From positions 1 through 64,000 of the IMG/VR virus record IMGVR_UViG_3300007177_000160: a stretch of DNA of 64,000 bases. The stretch is one strand, 5' to 3'. Origin of the DNA: a virus. Positions 18,501 through 26,377 of the stretch are shown here, piece after piece. Under the pieces are notes generated by a model, which saw only the letters and a list, made by a program, of their open reading frames with translations, did no database searches and had not been told where the DNA came from. The position numbers were made by a program, and so were the translations under genes. Numbering within the stretch: position 1 is the first letter of the stretch; each line of letters begins with the position of its first letter.

Positions 18501-20968
18501 GCAGTCTCATAGTTGAGACCCATAATCCAACCAGGCTGTGTAGTATCTTGATGAACCCAGGACGATGAAATATCACGCACAATGTTTGCCATCATGCTAA
18601 TTCCTTTATATCCAGTACCAGTCTCTGGCATTATAGAAGAATTACTGTTACCTACAAATATTGCAGGATATGCAGCTGAATTGGTATGTCTAGAAGGAAG
18701 TGTTGTACCAAACAACATGTTCTTACCAGCAGATGTAGATAGATCTCCTTGAATTCTTGCAGTTCCATTTACGTCTAACTTAAAGCCAGCATCCGTAGTA
18801 GTTCCTATTAGAACGTTTCCAGAACTTGTCGCTAGTTGTACGCCAGTTGTATTAGAAAACGTTCCAGTCACAGCAACACCTGCAGTACCAACACTTAAGC
18901 GTTTTGTTCCGCCTGTACCTAATCCTACTTCATATAAACCCTGTATATAAGTTGATCCTTCAGTAGTTAATGCGCCCGTTCCGCCAACAAACTCAATGAA
19001 GTTTGATCCTCCATAACCAGAAGTATCAAATTGTCTAATACGTGTTCTACCGCCTGTTACCTGGGTGTTTAACATAGTGACAATTATACCCGCACCTCTG
19101 TTGACACTTGCACTTCCTCCTGGATTTATCACACGTAAAAGGTCCGTATCTGTTGTTGCTGTTTGAATGTCTAAATCAAATGTCGGAGCAGAAACACCAA
19201 TACCTAAACGCTTGTTTGTATTATCATAAAGTAATCCAGTACTTCCTCCAACTCGTAAACCATAATTGGTAACACCCGTAAATGCACCATTGGTAAACGT
19301 AGGATCTATATCCAAGCCTACTAATACATCATTGTTAGCAGCAGCAACTAAGGTATTGTTAAAATACACTCCTCTTGCAAGTGCTGAGGTTGCTGTAACA
19401 CTGCCTACAACACTCAAAAAAGAATTACTCCCTTTTGTTAAAGATGGTGAATTACTTATTAAAAGACCGTTTGTAGCAGCTAAATGATTGTATAACCAAC
19501 CATAAGTAACCCATCCGTAAGCAGTATTGTTGTAAATTCTGTTAGACGCATCGTAAAATACACCCGAGCTAGTACCTTGTCCTACTTGAATAGCACCCCC
19601 AGCTGTATTAATACCTGCAGGCGCAGTTATTAAACCTACACTGCGCATGGTTCCATTTACATCTAACTTGTAACCCGCGTCTGTGAAAGTACCTCCATTT
19701 TGAATTAATACATTCCCAGAACTAAATATTTTAAAATCTGGATTTCCGTCAGAAGTCCTATTATGTTGAAATGAACCATCGTTATTTAATTGTAATAAAA
19801 AATAATTAGGAGTTGCTCCTTGATGGAAGAAACCAAGATAATCTCCTGTCCTGTGATATCCTATGGTTGCTTTATTAACAGAATTTATTTGAAATCCAAA
19901 ATTAGCATTTCCAGTACCAGTATTATTTACCATAAAGGTAAAGTTGCCACTACTTGTATTAGTGACTGTTAGTATAGGAGATGTAGTAGAACTTGCACCA
20001 ACTATATTTGTAATACCGTTTACAGTCAACCCACCAACAGTAATACTATTCATAGTAGTGTTCCCAGCAGAAGTTACTTGGTCTAAAGTAGGAACAGAAG
20101 TTAAGAAGTTAGGAGTCCAGTTCTTCCAGAGACCGTCTGAGTCTCTACGAAGAAGTTGGCCTGTAGATGGAGCAGAGATAAGAACATCGTGGATTTCGTT
20201 TAACTCGAATCCGTTCTGTACTTTTACAAAAATCTCTCCGTTGTTATTGTTTACGCGAGTAACAACACCCAAAAACACCATATGGGCAGGTGCTACAGGC
20301 TTGTTTGCTAGACCATAAAGCAGGTTCCCGTTAGTGCCTAACCATACAAGGTCGCCTAACGTAGCCATTGAGGTATCTAACCCAGTTAGTAGGCCTTCTG
20401 TAATTACAAAACCTTTACCGTTAAGAGCAAGATCCTGAGCAATAAGACCCATAGTCTTACTGGAAGTCATCTCAGAAGCGTTAGAAGCCTTTGTAACAAT
20501 CATGTTTGTACCGTCCGATGACGAAACATACACAGCCTGTCCTCTCAAAAGCACCTCACCTGCTTTGACTTCGTGTTTAACAGTAGAAGTCCACTGTGCG
20601 TAGTTATCAATCCACTCTACATTATAATCAGTATTATTAATCTTTGCTAAGATTTGCCCTGTTGAACCACCTGGAGGTAGGTTTCCTCCTGCTGTAGCCA
20701 CTGATTTCCAGGTTCCGTCATCAGCCAAGTAAAGATTTCCTGTACCAATAGCTCCTGTACCCAACCTATTGGGGTCGATGATACCTGTAGAAATATAAGC
20801 TGCGTCAAATAATCGCCATCTTACAGGACCTGCCTGAGTAGCAGGAGGTACCAAAAAGTAAGCAGGCGGCATATATAACTCATTGGCACTGCCATCTCTA
20901 GGATGTAAGGGATTATATCTTGCTAAATCCTGTTGTTCTTGAGTAGTTATGGGATTGCTATAAGGCAT
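12572..20968 (-). CDS. Giant modular tail fibre (2798 aa)
   Basis: About nine GNVLIGTTTDAGFKLDVNG-type repeats, several GNVGIGTT.P...L.V repeats and three PTL.QVT.AGNTT repeats; G/T/N/S-rich. Confidence 0.9.
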   Translation of the reverse strand: MPYSNPITTQEQQDLARYNPLHPRDGSANELYMPPAYFLVPPATQAGPVRWRLFDAAYISTGIIDPNRLGTGAIGTGNLYLADDGTWKSVATAGGNLPPGGSTGQILAKINNTDYNVEWIDNYAQWTSTVKHEVKAGEVLLRGQAVYVSSSDGTNMIVTKASNASEMTSSKTMGLIAQDLALNGKGFVITEGLLTGLDTSMATLGDLVWLGTNGNLLYGLANKPVAPAHMVFLGVVTRVNNNNGEIFVKVQNGFELNEIHDVLISAPSTGQLLRRDSDGLWKNWTPNFLTSVPTLDQVTSAGNTTMNSITVGGLTVNGITNIVGASSTTSPILTVTNTSSGNFTFMVNNTGTGNANFGFQINSVNKATIGYHRTGDYLGFFHQGATPNYFLLQLNNDGSFQHNRTSDGNPDFKIFSSGNVLIQNGGTFTDAGYKLDVNGTMRSVGLITAPAGINTAGGAIQVGQGTSSGVFYDASNRIYNNTAYGWVTYGWLYNHLAATNGLLISNSPSLTKGSNSFLSVVGSVTATSALARGVYFNNTLVAAANNDVLVGLDIDPTFTNGAFTGVTNYGLRVGGSTGLLYDNTNKRLGIGVSAPTFDLDIQTATTDTDLLRVINPGGSASVNRGAGIIVTMLNTQVTGGRTRIRQFDTSGYGGSNFIEFVGGTGALTTEGSTYIQGLYEVGLGTGGTKRLSVGTAGVAVTGTFSNTTGVQLATSSGNVLIGTTTDAGFKLDVNGTARIQGDLSTSAGKNMLFGTTLPSRHTNSAAYPAIFVGNSNSSIMPETGTGYKGISMMANIVRDISSSWVHQDTTQPGWIMGLNYETANTDMFAIYRSAATAGTANFVRLFTINGAGNVLIGTTTDAGFKLDVNGTGRFSGNVTVTGSATNSLTVRGSGFTGSTNAFTVLNSLGNSLFTVSDVGGITATQSDFTTNTVVALGLQARVNQNLTISAPWADSTNVTIEVIANKAQVLVVRPNATLTLTSGTHDTQRITHTFAPTSGTAVVNALTLNQTINQTGGASGISRGLYVNPTITAAADFRAIETTVGKVIHQGLTNATQTNQVYYNTTTGELTYGALPTPATPTLAQVTTAGNTTTNSISVGAITSSGAIRSTLDTTGNALELFGAFSYYSGVQIGGVGLDKSPYINLFANGGATTSINFTRQNTPGVTFKIMHSYSQGIAQTPSFLGIGVDGTSIRILGDTGNVLINQGTDAGFKLDVNGGTRIKGTGTTSTTTSFLVQDSTNTNILQLRDNGSLLLRGPSAGNYTLGVRELPDGAIQIMTDFNIIGMTIYSSAIERMSRIISRRLGGAGVLVIDTNFGTADASAMFEIRSTSFGFLQPRMINAQAVAIATPATGLQVYDITNNKNLLYNGTAWQNIATESWVTAQGYLTSAPIPTLAQVTAAGNTTTANITVSTHITIKANSDSVYSVGNNNFNNISLAANTFGFGRNILSVATSTSETVALGDSALNESAFSYRNIAIGTGAGRKTQKTAGNLTVGGSNVFVGVDAGAKVDLGYSNTFLGDAAGSTMDVLETVAVGAFAGGGSGISTLTQGYSVYLGFRAGGSSTAGDNVFIGYDAGLNSTKSNWFILGNRNNAGLIEGNFSTGNVLIGSSTDNGTNKLQVNGSISATGGTSTNWNTAFSWGNHASAGYLTSFTETDPTVPSHVKAITTTNISNWNTAYSWGNHATAGYLTSVSDVWVNTTGDTMTGQLVISTSGTAGNPTLRVNSSNSGDYVHSQENIAANLTSGQRNILVIGQAPSLKNSGYFGYYWAGAGSDSNFITMGHWGNNDLFRIYGNGNVLINTTVDAGYKLDVNGSFRATSNSYLATNANTLVGIGVTTAFAKLHVQGADGLLLLQGNGAAGQFFPTQLIRGGYPRFVLQSEDGAVTFGGLYTTQDKTGNPWGNLVISSRTAMLFLIESYSGSTPVFSFDGSNTYVANQLNVATNLVVTSNFTVDTNTFFVNATTNRVGIGTTSPSVLLQAGAKVIDDNNYAYTSGAAMFVNQTQTSASVLNDPQEVLILARQGTAGQAFGAAAVFELSRFENFGTSSRTRLDIKLADGFFLPNSTRVMTMLSNGNIGIGTSAPETPLHVVGGTRITGTFPYVNLRGAYPNISFQSDDGSMTYGTITTVQAYGTNPFGNLVIQSRTALYFYVNTFSDTIPALSLLGGNVQVGLNIDYGYKFDVNGTLRSVNSAYFATTSGSVGIGTTSAVAKLNIVGGSANWNETTPGQTPGTIHLDPGVSTDNFGNAITFGASDYSDGDNAQAGIYVRSDGSYGTKMYFATTDLYTTGSKTRMVIDNSGNIGINTASPAYNFDIRRTNLQVHLSSLAENQNVSLFFNTAYDSSTLPRTAIIAAAVGSWSRSALYFCLNNATSGNPGVGVADVKMIITPGGNVGIGTTNPDALLTVSADKFGTLGGAISVVNSSEGSGSVSGIYMGSYARKTAIFYNWTANYGRGELIFATNNVADGSNAWVTDGKMHIKANGNVTIGTSTDSGFKLDVNGNTIIRGNLSMTDASNRYIYGINGNYINLYNGGTGGVEIYGLNGTAENKIYGGLRVTGNLITQGSFTMNGSLDIGSNNSVYAGTNGIVYYRGFDASMQFFLGHPTVGDFLWDYPAGTTLMTLKRGGNLLIGTTTDSGYKLNVNGSFRSNGDSYVASANGRVFGFDGLSAGQTLHFQYGGDSNHRISTTHGSAAQMDAYHGLIIRTSPASGGKALIVNQRNSAHFIQEWQENGTQKAYINSQGNLYLAQLDAEADGPVISTSGLLSSVAGYSGTVTIQQPAPLPPINIDVQNGIIVNVF

Positions 20969-21051
20969 AGGTATTGGAGTCGCATAAGGCGACTATACAA
21001 ATATAAGTGTTTAACGGAAAAAGTAAAGATTTAACCTTTTAAGTTAAAGGC

Positions 21052-21543
21052 TTAATCTGCTTGCCACCAAAACTTAACAGGCTTGTCGGATACTTCCCCA
21101 ACGATGCCTTCAGAGGAGGCAGAAACCAGCTTAACAACAGTCAAACTATCCTTAGTGTAGCCTCCTGTTACGAGTTCTCCTACAAGATCCCCTGCATAGT
21201 TAAAGTCTTTGGCGTAAACCAAGACAATACGAGCTACATTTTGTTTCCACATAGGCACCAAAGCAGTAAACATAGCTAGATATTTTTCTTTAATTTCTGC
21301 GAGATCTGATTCGTTTGGAATATCGATCGAAATAATGTTAGGGATAAGTTTCGGAATAAGTTTATCTGAAGCTACTAACGAGTGAGCAACCCGCATAGCC
21401 AAAGAACTAGAGTACTTAGGACCTACGCAAAAAATCGCACAGTCTTTAATAGACTCAAATTTCACCTTAGAAGAAACCTCTAAACAAACCTTCTGTATAA
21501 GAGACTCTTCTCTTTCTCTATCTAATAATAAAACATTCTCCAT
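21052..21543 (-). CDS. Hypothetical alpha/beta protein (possibly a degenerate PRTase-like fold)
   Basis: 163 aa with alternating beta/alpha pattern; fold call is weak. Confidence 0.5.
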   Translation of the reverse strand: MENVLLLDREREESLIQKVCLEVSSKVKFESIKDCAIFCVGPKYSSSLAMRVAHSLVASDKLIPKLIPNIISIDIPNESDLAEIKEKYLAMFTALVPMWKQNVARIVLVYAKDFNYAGDLVGELVTGGYTKDSLTVVKLVSASSEGIVGEVSDKPVKFWWQAD

Positions 21544-21550
21544 ATGCAGA

Positions 21551-21568
21551 CAAAGATAGTTAAATTTG
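21551..21568. promoter_or_regulatory. Back-to-back divergent TAnnTTTG promoters at the strand switch
   Basis: CAAAGATA (minus strand TATCTTTG) at 21551 and TAAATTTG (plus strand) at 21561. Confidence 0.65.
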
Positions 21569-21575
21569 AAGTAAG

Positions 21576-22274
21576 ATGATAAAGGTTATCTTTGACCATA
21601 TAGAAGGCTTTGGTAAAATCACCGAGCAAGACTTCATCTACTCAGATCCCAAAGGAATCGCTGTAGGCAAGGACTATGTTGACTATTTAGAGAGTGGATG
21701 GGTAGAGTGGGGAGTTTACTGGTACAATTTAAGATCTGTTCGACTAGATTTAAGAAAGTACGAAGCCAGCAAAACGACGCGAAAGCTAGCCAAAAACATT
21801 AAATGTAATACTCATCGGTTAACTTCGGAGATTATAGAGCAGTTAGAACCTGTTTACGCCCAGTACATAGAGAAGCATAAGTTCCAGCGAGAGATAAACC
21901 TAAAAGACTTTTTAGACACAGAGGACTTTTTTGTCCTTCTCTACTACAAAGAAGAAGAACTGATAGGCGCGTTGATTCACAAAGTGTACGAGCAAGGCGA
22001 AAAAACCGCATTTGTATCTTATCAGTTCCTATGGGACTACAAAGAACCCAAACTATCTTTAGGTAATATCTCTCAGATGTACGAATCCGAACTAGCAAAA
22101 CTAATGGACTGTGACTATCTTTACATTTTAGGAGGCTACGAAGAATCCTGCATATACAAATCCCAGTTCAGAGGATTTGAATGGTGGACAGGAAAAGAAT
22201 GGTCTACTGATATCTCACTTTATACTAAACTATGCCAAAGAGACTCGCATGCACATATACGAACCCCACAATAG
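21576..22274 (+). CDS. Aminoacyl-tRNA-protein transferase-like protein (ATE1/Bpt C-terminal GNAT family)
   Basis: SVRLDLRKY..SK..RK, Y..Y...H, WDY..PKLSLG......E..A......YLYILGGY...C.YKSQF.GFE match the ATE_C pattern. Confidence 0.75.
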   Translation: MIKVIFDHIEGFGKITEQDFIYSDPKGIAVGKDYVDYLESGWVEWGVYWYNLRSVRLDLRKYEASKTTRKLAKNIKCNTHRLTSEIIEQLEPVYAQYIEKHKFQREINLKDFLDTEDFFVLLYYKEEELIGALIHKVYEQGEKTAFVSYQFLWDYKEPKLSLGNISQMYESELAKLMDCDYLYILGGYEESCIYKSQFRGFEWWTGKEWSTDISLYTKLCQRDSHAHIRTPQ

Positions 22275-22455
22275 AATAGAAGTAAAAACCCCCAAAGGAA
22301 ACGGTATAATCTGGTTAGTCACAGACTACGGCCACGAAACCGACACAATCTATACCATAATACTAGATAACGGAGAACTATGGCAATTTACTCACAAAGA
22401 TATAAGAGTAAGAAACAACCTAACCTTTGGTAGAGTGGTCCCTCCCTCTTCTTAA
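22249..22455 (+). CDS. Small hypothetical protein
   Basis: Likely start MHIYEPH; TPKG.G..W...DYG.E...GELW pattern. Confidence 0.65.
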   Translation: MHIYEPHNRIEVKTPKGNGIIWLVTDYGHETDTIYTIILDNGELWQFTHKDIRVRNNLTFGRVVPPSS

Positions 22456-22625
22456 AATTTTTTCCTACCCCCCCCAATTTTTTTTCTAACCCCCTACCCA
22501 ATTATATCTATGGGAGCTTGGGGGCCAAAATTTTTCTACCCCTGGGACTGAATCAGATCTACGAGAGTTTGGGGGTGTCCAAATTCATCAGCCCCCTATG
22601 CCTTTGGCGGACACGGTGTCCCCCA
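22455..22625. repeat. Low-complexity repeats AAATTTTT(T)(C)CTACCCC x3 and GAG(C/T)TTGGGGG x2; candidate terminus/packaging region
   Basis: Seen at about 22455, 22476 and 22527, and at about 22514 and 22565. Confidence 0.6.
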
Positions 22626-22642
22626 CTTACATATATACAGAT

Positions 22643-23062
22643 ATGACAAAAACCACTACCAACGTTGGTGATGTTCAGGAGAATATCGACAATGCGTCCG
22701 CAGTAGACGAAACTACTACAAACTCTGTACTTGCTAACCTTGGTAACTCAAGAGACGAGAGCCGAAAGCAGGGAGAGTTGAAAACCGAATCAATCGTTAC
22801 TTGCGTTGAGGTTATACCTACCAAGGGGTCTAACGCAGGTAGGCAGATGTTTGTCATTAACGGCAAGCATTGGTCTCGTCACAAGCCTGCGGATACCGAC
22901 AATACCGTTGTGCTTGAGTTTGCGACTTGGGACGGTGGTTCGGGTTGGAACGTTATCGGTTTCAATCAGGACGCTCGTGTGATGAGTATTGACGCGAAGA
23001 TTGCCAAACTTACGGCTCACGATGCGGCTTACTCTCAAGCGATTGCTTTGTTGTTACGCTAA
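22643..23062 (+). CDS. Hypothetical protein, isolated, GC-richer codon usage
   Basis: Probable start ATG 22643 after CAGAT; followed by a strong UUCG terminator. Confidence 0.75.
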   Translation: MTKTTTNVGDVQENIDNASAVDETTTNSVLANLGNSRDESRKQGELKTESIVTCVEVIPTKGSNAGRQMFVINGKHWSRHKPADTDNTVVLEFATWDGGSGWNVIGFNQDARVMSIDAKIAKLTAHDAAYSQAIALLLR

Positions 23063-23068
23063 CCGATT

Positions 23069-23098
23069 GGGGCAGGGCTTCGGCTCTGTCCCTTTCTT
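23069..23098 (+). terminator. Intrinsic terminator
   Basis: GGGGCAGGGC-TTCG-GCTCTGTCCC-TTTCTT. Confidence 0.85.
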
Positions 23099-23185
23099 GG
23101 GTAATTGGTCTGCCTTCGGCAGTAGTTGTTGTTGAATCTCACTTCGTTCGATGCTTCGCTCTCGGTGCTGTACGCTGTGCTGTAA

Positions 23186-23213
23186 GCGGTGCGTGATACG
23201 CGGTGCGTGATAC
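23186..23213. repeat. 14-bp tandem repeat GCGGTGCGTGATAC x2 with degenerate copies upstream
   Basis: Direct observation. Confidence 0.85.
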
Positions 23214-24101
23214 GTCGTTTTCTTGGGTGTTACACTTCTCTAAAACCTGTGTAATAATCGTAGAAATTGTACTTCAGCTCCAGCTCTCGGCTAAAATCAG
23301 TGTATTTTGCAGTTTTGTTTAACTTTTTTGGTCTAACCCCCGTAAATTTGGAGACCTTTAAATTAAAAAGTTAAACAAAATGACAATTCAATGACACAAA
23401 TTGAGGTAAAAAAGGGTTAAAAAGTGGGGATTTTCCCCTCTCAGTCCTTTAATTCTTTCCTAAAAACAAGTCATTTGGTTGAGGCTTGACGTATAGAAAT
23501 AAAGAGGATTCGGTTAAAAGAGTCAGACAGATGGGCTTAACTGGGTTTATTATCGTCTCTATTGTTCTTATCTCTCCCTCTCCTTCTCTCTCTCTTTTCT
23601 CTTTCATTACCTCTTATTAAGGTAATGAACTAATCAGTGTTATGCGCGGGTTTCGGCTCCTGCTCTCTATTGATTCTTTATTAATTCTTTATTGATTCTT
23701 TAAGGTTGATAAACCTTGACATGCCTATGGGGCTACTATGTTGTTCTTCTATTAAGGGTAGAAGTATCAAGCTTAAGCGAATTTCCTTGCTTAAAGCAAT
23801 GACAAGTTAGTGCAGACTTAAAAATTAGGCAGTCTATTACATCTATTATCGTATGATGTAAAGACTTTAAAGACTGGTAACAGTTACGATACAGTATAGA
23901 GAAACCACACTATACTTTATGCCAGGTTTGTGGTGAACCTGAATTTAGAATGTTCTATACGTATTAGTATAGACTTCGGTTTAGTAGGGGGTGTGCATCA
24001 GCTCTGAAATGTTAGGCGACATTTCTGCTACTAGATTTATTTTAATTTAAAAACTAAAAAGGGATATCAGCCGTATCCCGAAGTCCTCAAATAAGCAGAT
24101 T

Positions 24102-24320
24102 ATGTTACAGACATACACAATAATTAGGAAAAACTTTGCTGTTGTTAACCACTTAGAGTATCAACAAGCAAAAGAACTTGCAGATGATGGTGACATGATC
24201 CTTACAATTAAGGATAATCATGTTTCTGCCATTAGAAATGTAACTGTCGTAGAATATCATGGTGAACCACATAAAGAGTGTGACCATATAGAAGGCGATA
24301 TTACACCTTTCTATCAGTAA
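24102..24320 (+). CDS. Hypothetical early protein
   Basis: 72 aa, followed by a hairpin. Confidence 0.65.
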   Translation: MLQTYTIIRKNFAVVNHLEYQQAKELADDGDMILTIKDNHVSAIRNVTVVEYHGEPHKECDHIEGDITPFYQ

Positions 24321-24381
24321 GATCCAACACCTAAGCAAGTGTTTAAACTGCTTTTACTTTTAAACTAAATAAAAAACAGAT

Positions 24382-24825
24382 ATGGCTACTCAAGATAACA
24401 AATTCTACTTAACTAATGTAAAGAATGTTGCCGCTACGCTCTCATCTATTCAGGCAGAATATCCTACTTTCTGTCAGTTATTAGATTTAGATGCTTTGCG
24501 TAGATTAGTTAAGGAAAAAGGCGACTTGCTTTTATTTCCTAAGAAAGATTGCTCTCATATAAATGTTTACGAACTAGCAGAACAAGGGATTATGTTTTTT
24601 CTTACACCTGGATTTACTTATGGTAGACACAGACATAGAACGCGACTTAATCACGCGTGCTGGTTTTCTAGAAAGCCAGAAATTATGTTTCTAACCGTAA
24701 GACAGGCTATGATTAAAGATCCTAAATATATGATTTGGGTGTACAAAAATCTTTCTATTAATTGGAGTCTGCACTGTATTGCAAACTTTGAATTTCTAAT
24801 TAAAAAATACAACGTAGGGGTGTAA
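24382..24825 (+). CDS. Hypothetical protein with ExoX-C/DUF3820-like motif
   Basis: FTYGRHR...TV......DPKYMIW resembles FGKYKG...DP.Y..W. Confidence 0.55.
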   Translation: MATQDNKFYLTNVKNVAATLSSIQAEYPTFCQLLDLDALRRLVKEKGDLLLFPKKDCSHINVYELAEQGIMFFLTPGFTYGRHRHRTRLNHACWFSRKPEIMFLTVRQAMIKDPKYMIWVYKNLSINWSLHCIANFEFLIKKYNVGV

Positions 24826-24864
24826 CAGCCCCTTTAAACTTAAACTAAATTAAATTATAACCTA

Positions 24865-25020
24865 ATGGATATGATAATTAGAATAACAGCACCTGATGGA
24901 TTTACAGTAGATAAATCTTGGAAAGGGAATTTCTCTAATGAACAAGAGTTATTAGAGGATTTTGTAAATAGTCATACTTTTCTAGTAGGCTATAAGTTTG
25001 AATTAATTAAGGGGGCTTAG
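24865..25020 (+). CDS. Small hypothetical protein (51 aa), not in ORF track
   Basis: MDMIIRITAPDGFTVDKSW...; A-rich leader. Confidence 0.6.
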   Translation: MDMIIRITAPDGFTVDKSWKGNFSNEQELLEDFVNSHTFLVGYKFELIKGA

Positions 25021-25029
25021 GCTCCCTTT

Positions 25030-25337
25030 TACTTTAACACACCATAACTCACGTGGATATAAAGACTTCTTAGAACCGTGTCACCTCTCAAACTCTGAGT
25101 GACTTAAAGCTGATAACAGTAAACGAGCTAAGATGTAAAACCACACTGATTAATAGTTCTCTATACCAGATAAAACCTTAAGCCAAACGTAATGGTGGGC
25201 TAGTGTATAGAATGAAAGTTAATCAGTTTCCCAAGAGTGAGCAGTTGTAATACACCATACAGGTCTAACAGTCAGAATTCATTCAAATGATATCTACTGT
25301 ATGTTCAAGGTATTACAACTGAGTGTGGAGGGGAGTA
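25030..25337 (+). ncRNA. Twister-like self-cleaving ribozyme core with a 175-nt insertion
   Basis: P1 TACTT/GAGTA, UAA, P2 CACAC/GTGTG, P4 CTCAC/GTGAG, L4 TTCCCAAGA, P5 CAGTTGTAATAC/GTATTACAACTG and GAGGG, all in twister order. Confidence 0.6.
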
Positions 25338-25370
25338 TCCATGTACAACAGGCTGGCATGGCAGCAAAAT

Positions 25371-25428
25371 AAACTACAAGGTATGGTAATCCTACTAACA
25401 CAGCTAGCGGACCTTGTAGTTTTTTTTT
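25371..25428 (+). terminator. Long-stem terminator after the ribozyme
   Basis: AAACTACAAGGT...ACCTTGTAGTTT followed by a T-run. Confidence 0.7.
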
Positions 25429-25452
25429 AATTTTAAATCAATCAACACTAAT

Positions 25453-25707
25453 ATGAGTAATCTTACTTGGACCACCAAAGACGGCACTGTTATGTATGTA
25501 GACAATATGTCTGATGAACATGTCCGCAATGCTTTTAAAATGCTTCTTAGAACTATCAATAAACTTAAAGCTGAAAAACAAAAAAGTGTACGCAAGTTTA
25601 CACTTAGTGGAGATATGGCTCAACAGTTTAATCAGACAAACTTTGAAGATGAAAATGACGAAAGATTAGATGAAGTTTGGGAAGACGTATCTTTTCTTAA
25701 TCACTAA
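25453..25707 (+). CDS. Hypothetical protein
   Basis: WTTKDG......MSDEHVRN motif common in small phage proteins. Confidence 0.75.
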   Translation: MSNLTWTTKDGTVMYVDNMSDEHVRNAFKMLLRTINKLKAEKQKSVRKFTLSGDMAQQFNQTNFEDENDERLDEVWEDVSFLNH

Positions 25708-25858
25708 ATAAACTAAATAAACTTAATCTGCAATCATTTACTCTTTTGTATTACATCCTGTTAGATTAGGATTCTTCATAAGGTAAGTACTTGATTGTAT
25801 AAGTTAAAACAATAAAAAAATTAAAACCAATTAAAACCAATTAAAACTATTTAAAATT

Positions 25859-26377
25859 ATGGAATTAACTAAAGTTAAAATCGCAAAAATGAACGATGGT
25901 TCAATCGTTAAACAGTCAGAAAACAGCCCTGAGTGGGGTTTTGTTCGTGTAGAACAAGAAAACATTTCTATCGTAAACAATTGGTTGCGTAGAAACAAGC
26001 GTTCTGCATTAATCAATGGTCTTTACAAAGATTTCTTAGCTCTTAACTTAATCGAAGGTACTACTTTTCCTGGTAAGTTAGTTGTTGACGAATCTCTTGA
26101 GCCATTTAATCCAGGCCCTTATCAAGATCGTGACATCAAGCACGCTTTTGAAGGCGGCCCTATTTGTGTATTTGAAGATATGCCGATTTATCGCAGAACT
26201 CGTCACACTTACAATATGGACGAGCAAGACACTTTAATTCCTCATACTAACGTAGAAGAGATTAAACAGGCTACTGCTAAACGTAGAGAAATGTTAGCTG
26301 GTATAAAAGAGAACGATGAAAACAGTTCTTTGGAGCCAACTACCAAGAAAGAGAAAGCATTAGAAGATGCTATTTAA
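25859..26377 (+). CDS. Hypothetical protein (crAss-like)
   Basis: 172 aa; strong A-rich leader and biased codon usage. Confidence 0.8.
   Translation: MELTKVKIAKMNDGSIVKQSENSPEWGFVRVEQENISIVNNWLRRNKRSALINGLYKDFLALNLIEGTTFPGKLVVDESLEPFNPGPYQDRDIKHAFEGGPICVFEDMPIYRRTRHTYNMDEQDTLIPHTNVEEIKQATAKRREMLAGIKENDENSSLEPTTKKEKALEDAI

Noticed and set aside
6644-20318. Many plus-strand ORFs inside tail genes
   Set aside because: Antisense shadows of G/T/N-rich codons in long minus-strand genes.
6071-20968. Diversity-generating retroelement or invertible tail system
   Set aside because: No reverse transcriptase, TR/VR pair or invertase seen in the window.
25053-25227. Hammerhead ribozyme (CTGAT motifs)
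   Set aside because: No CUGANGA + GAAA + UH core in the correct stem context.
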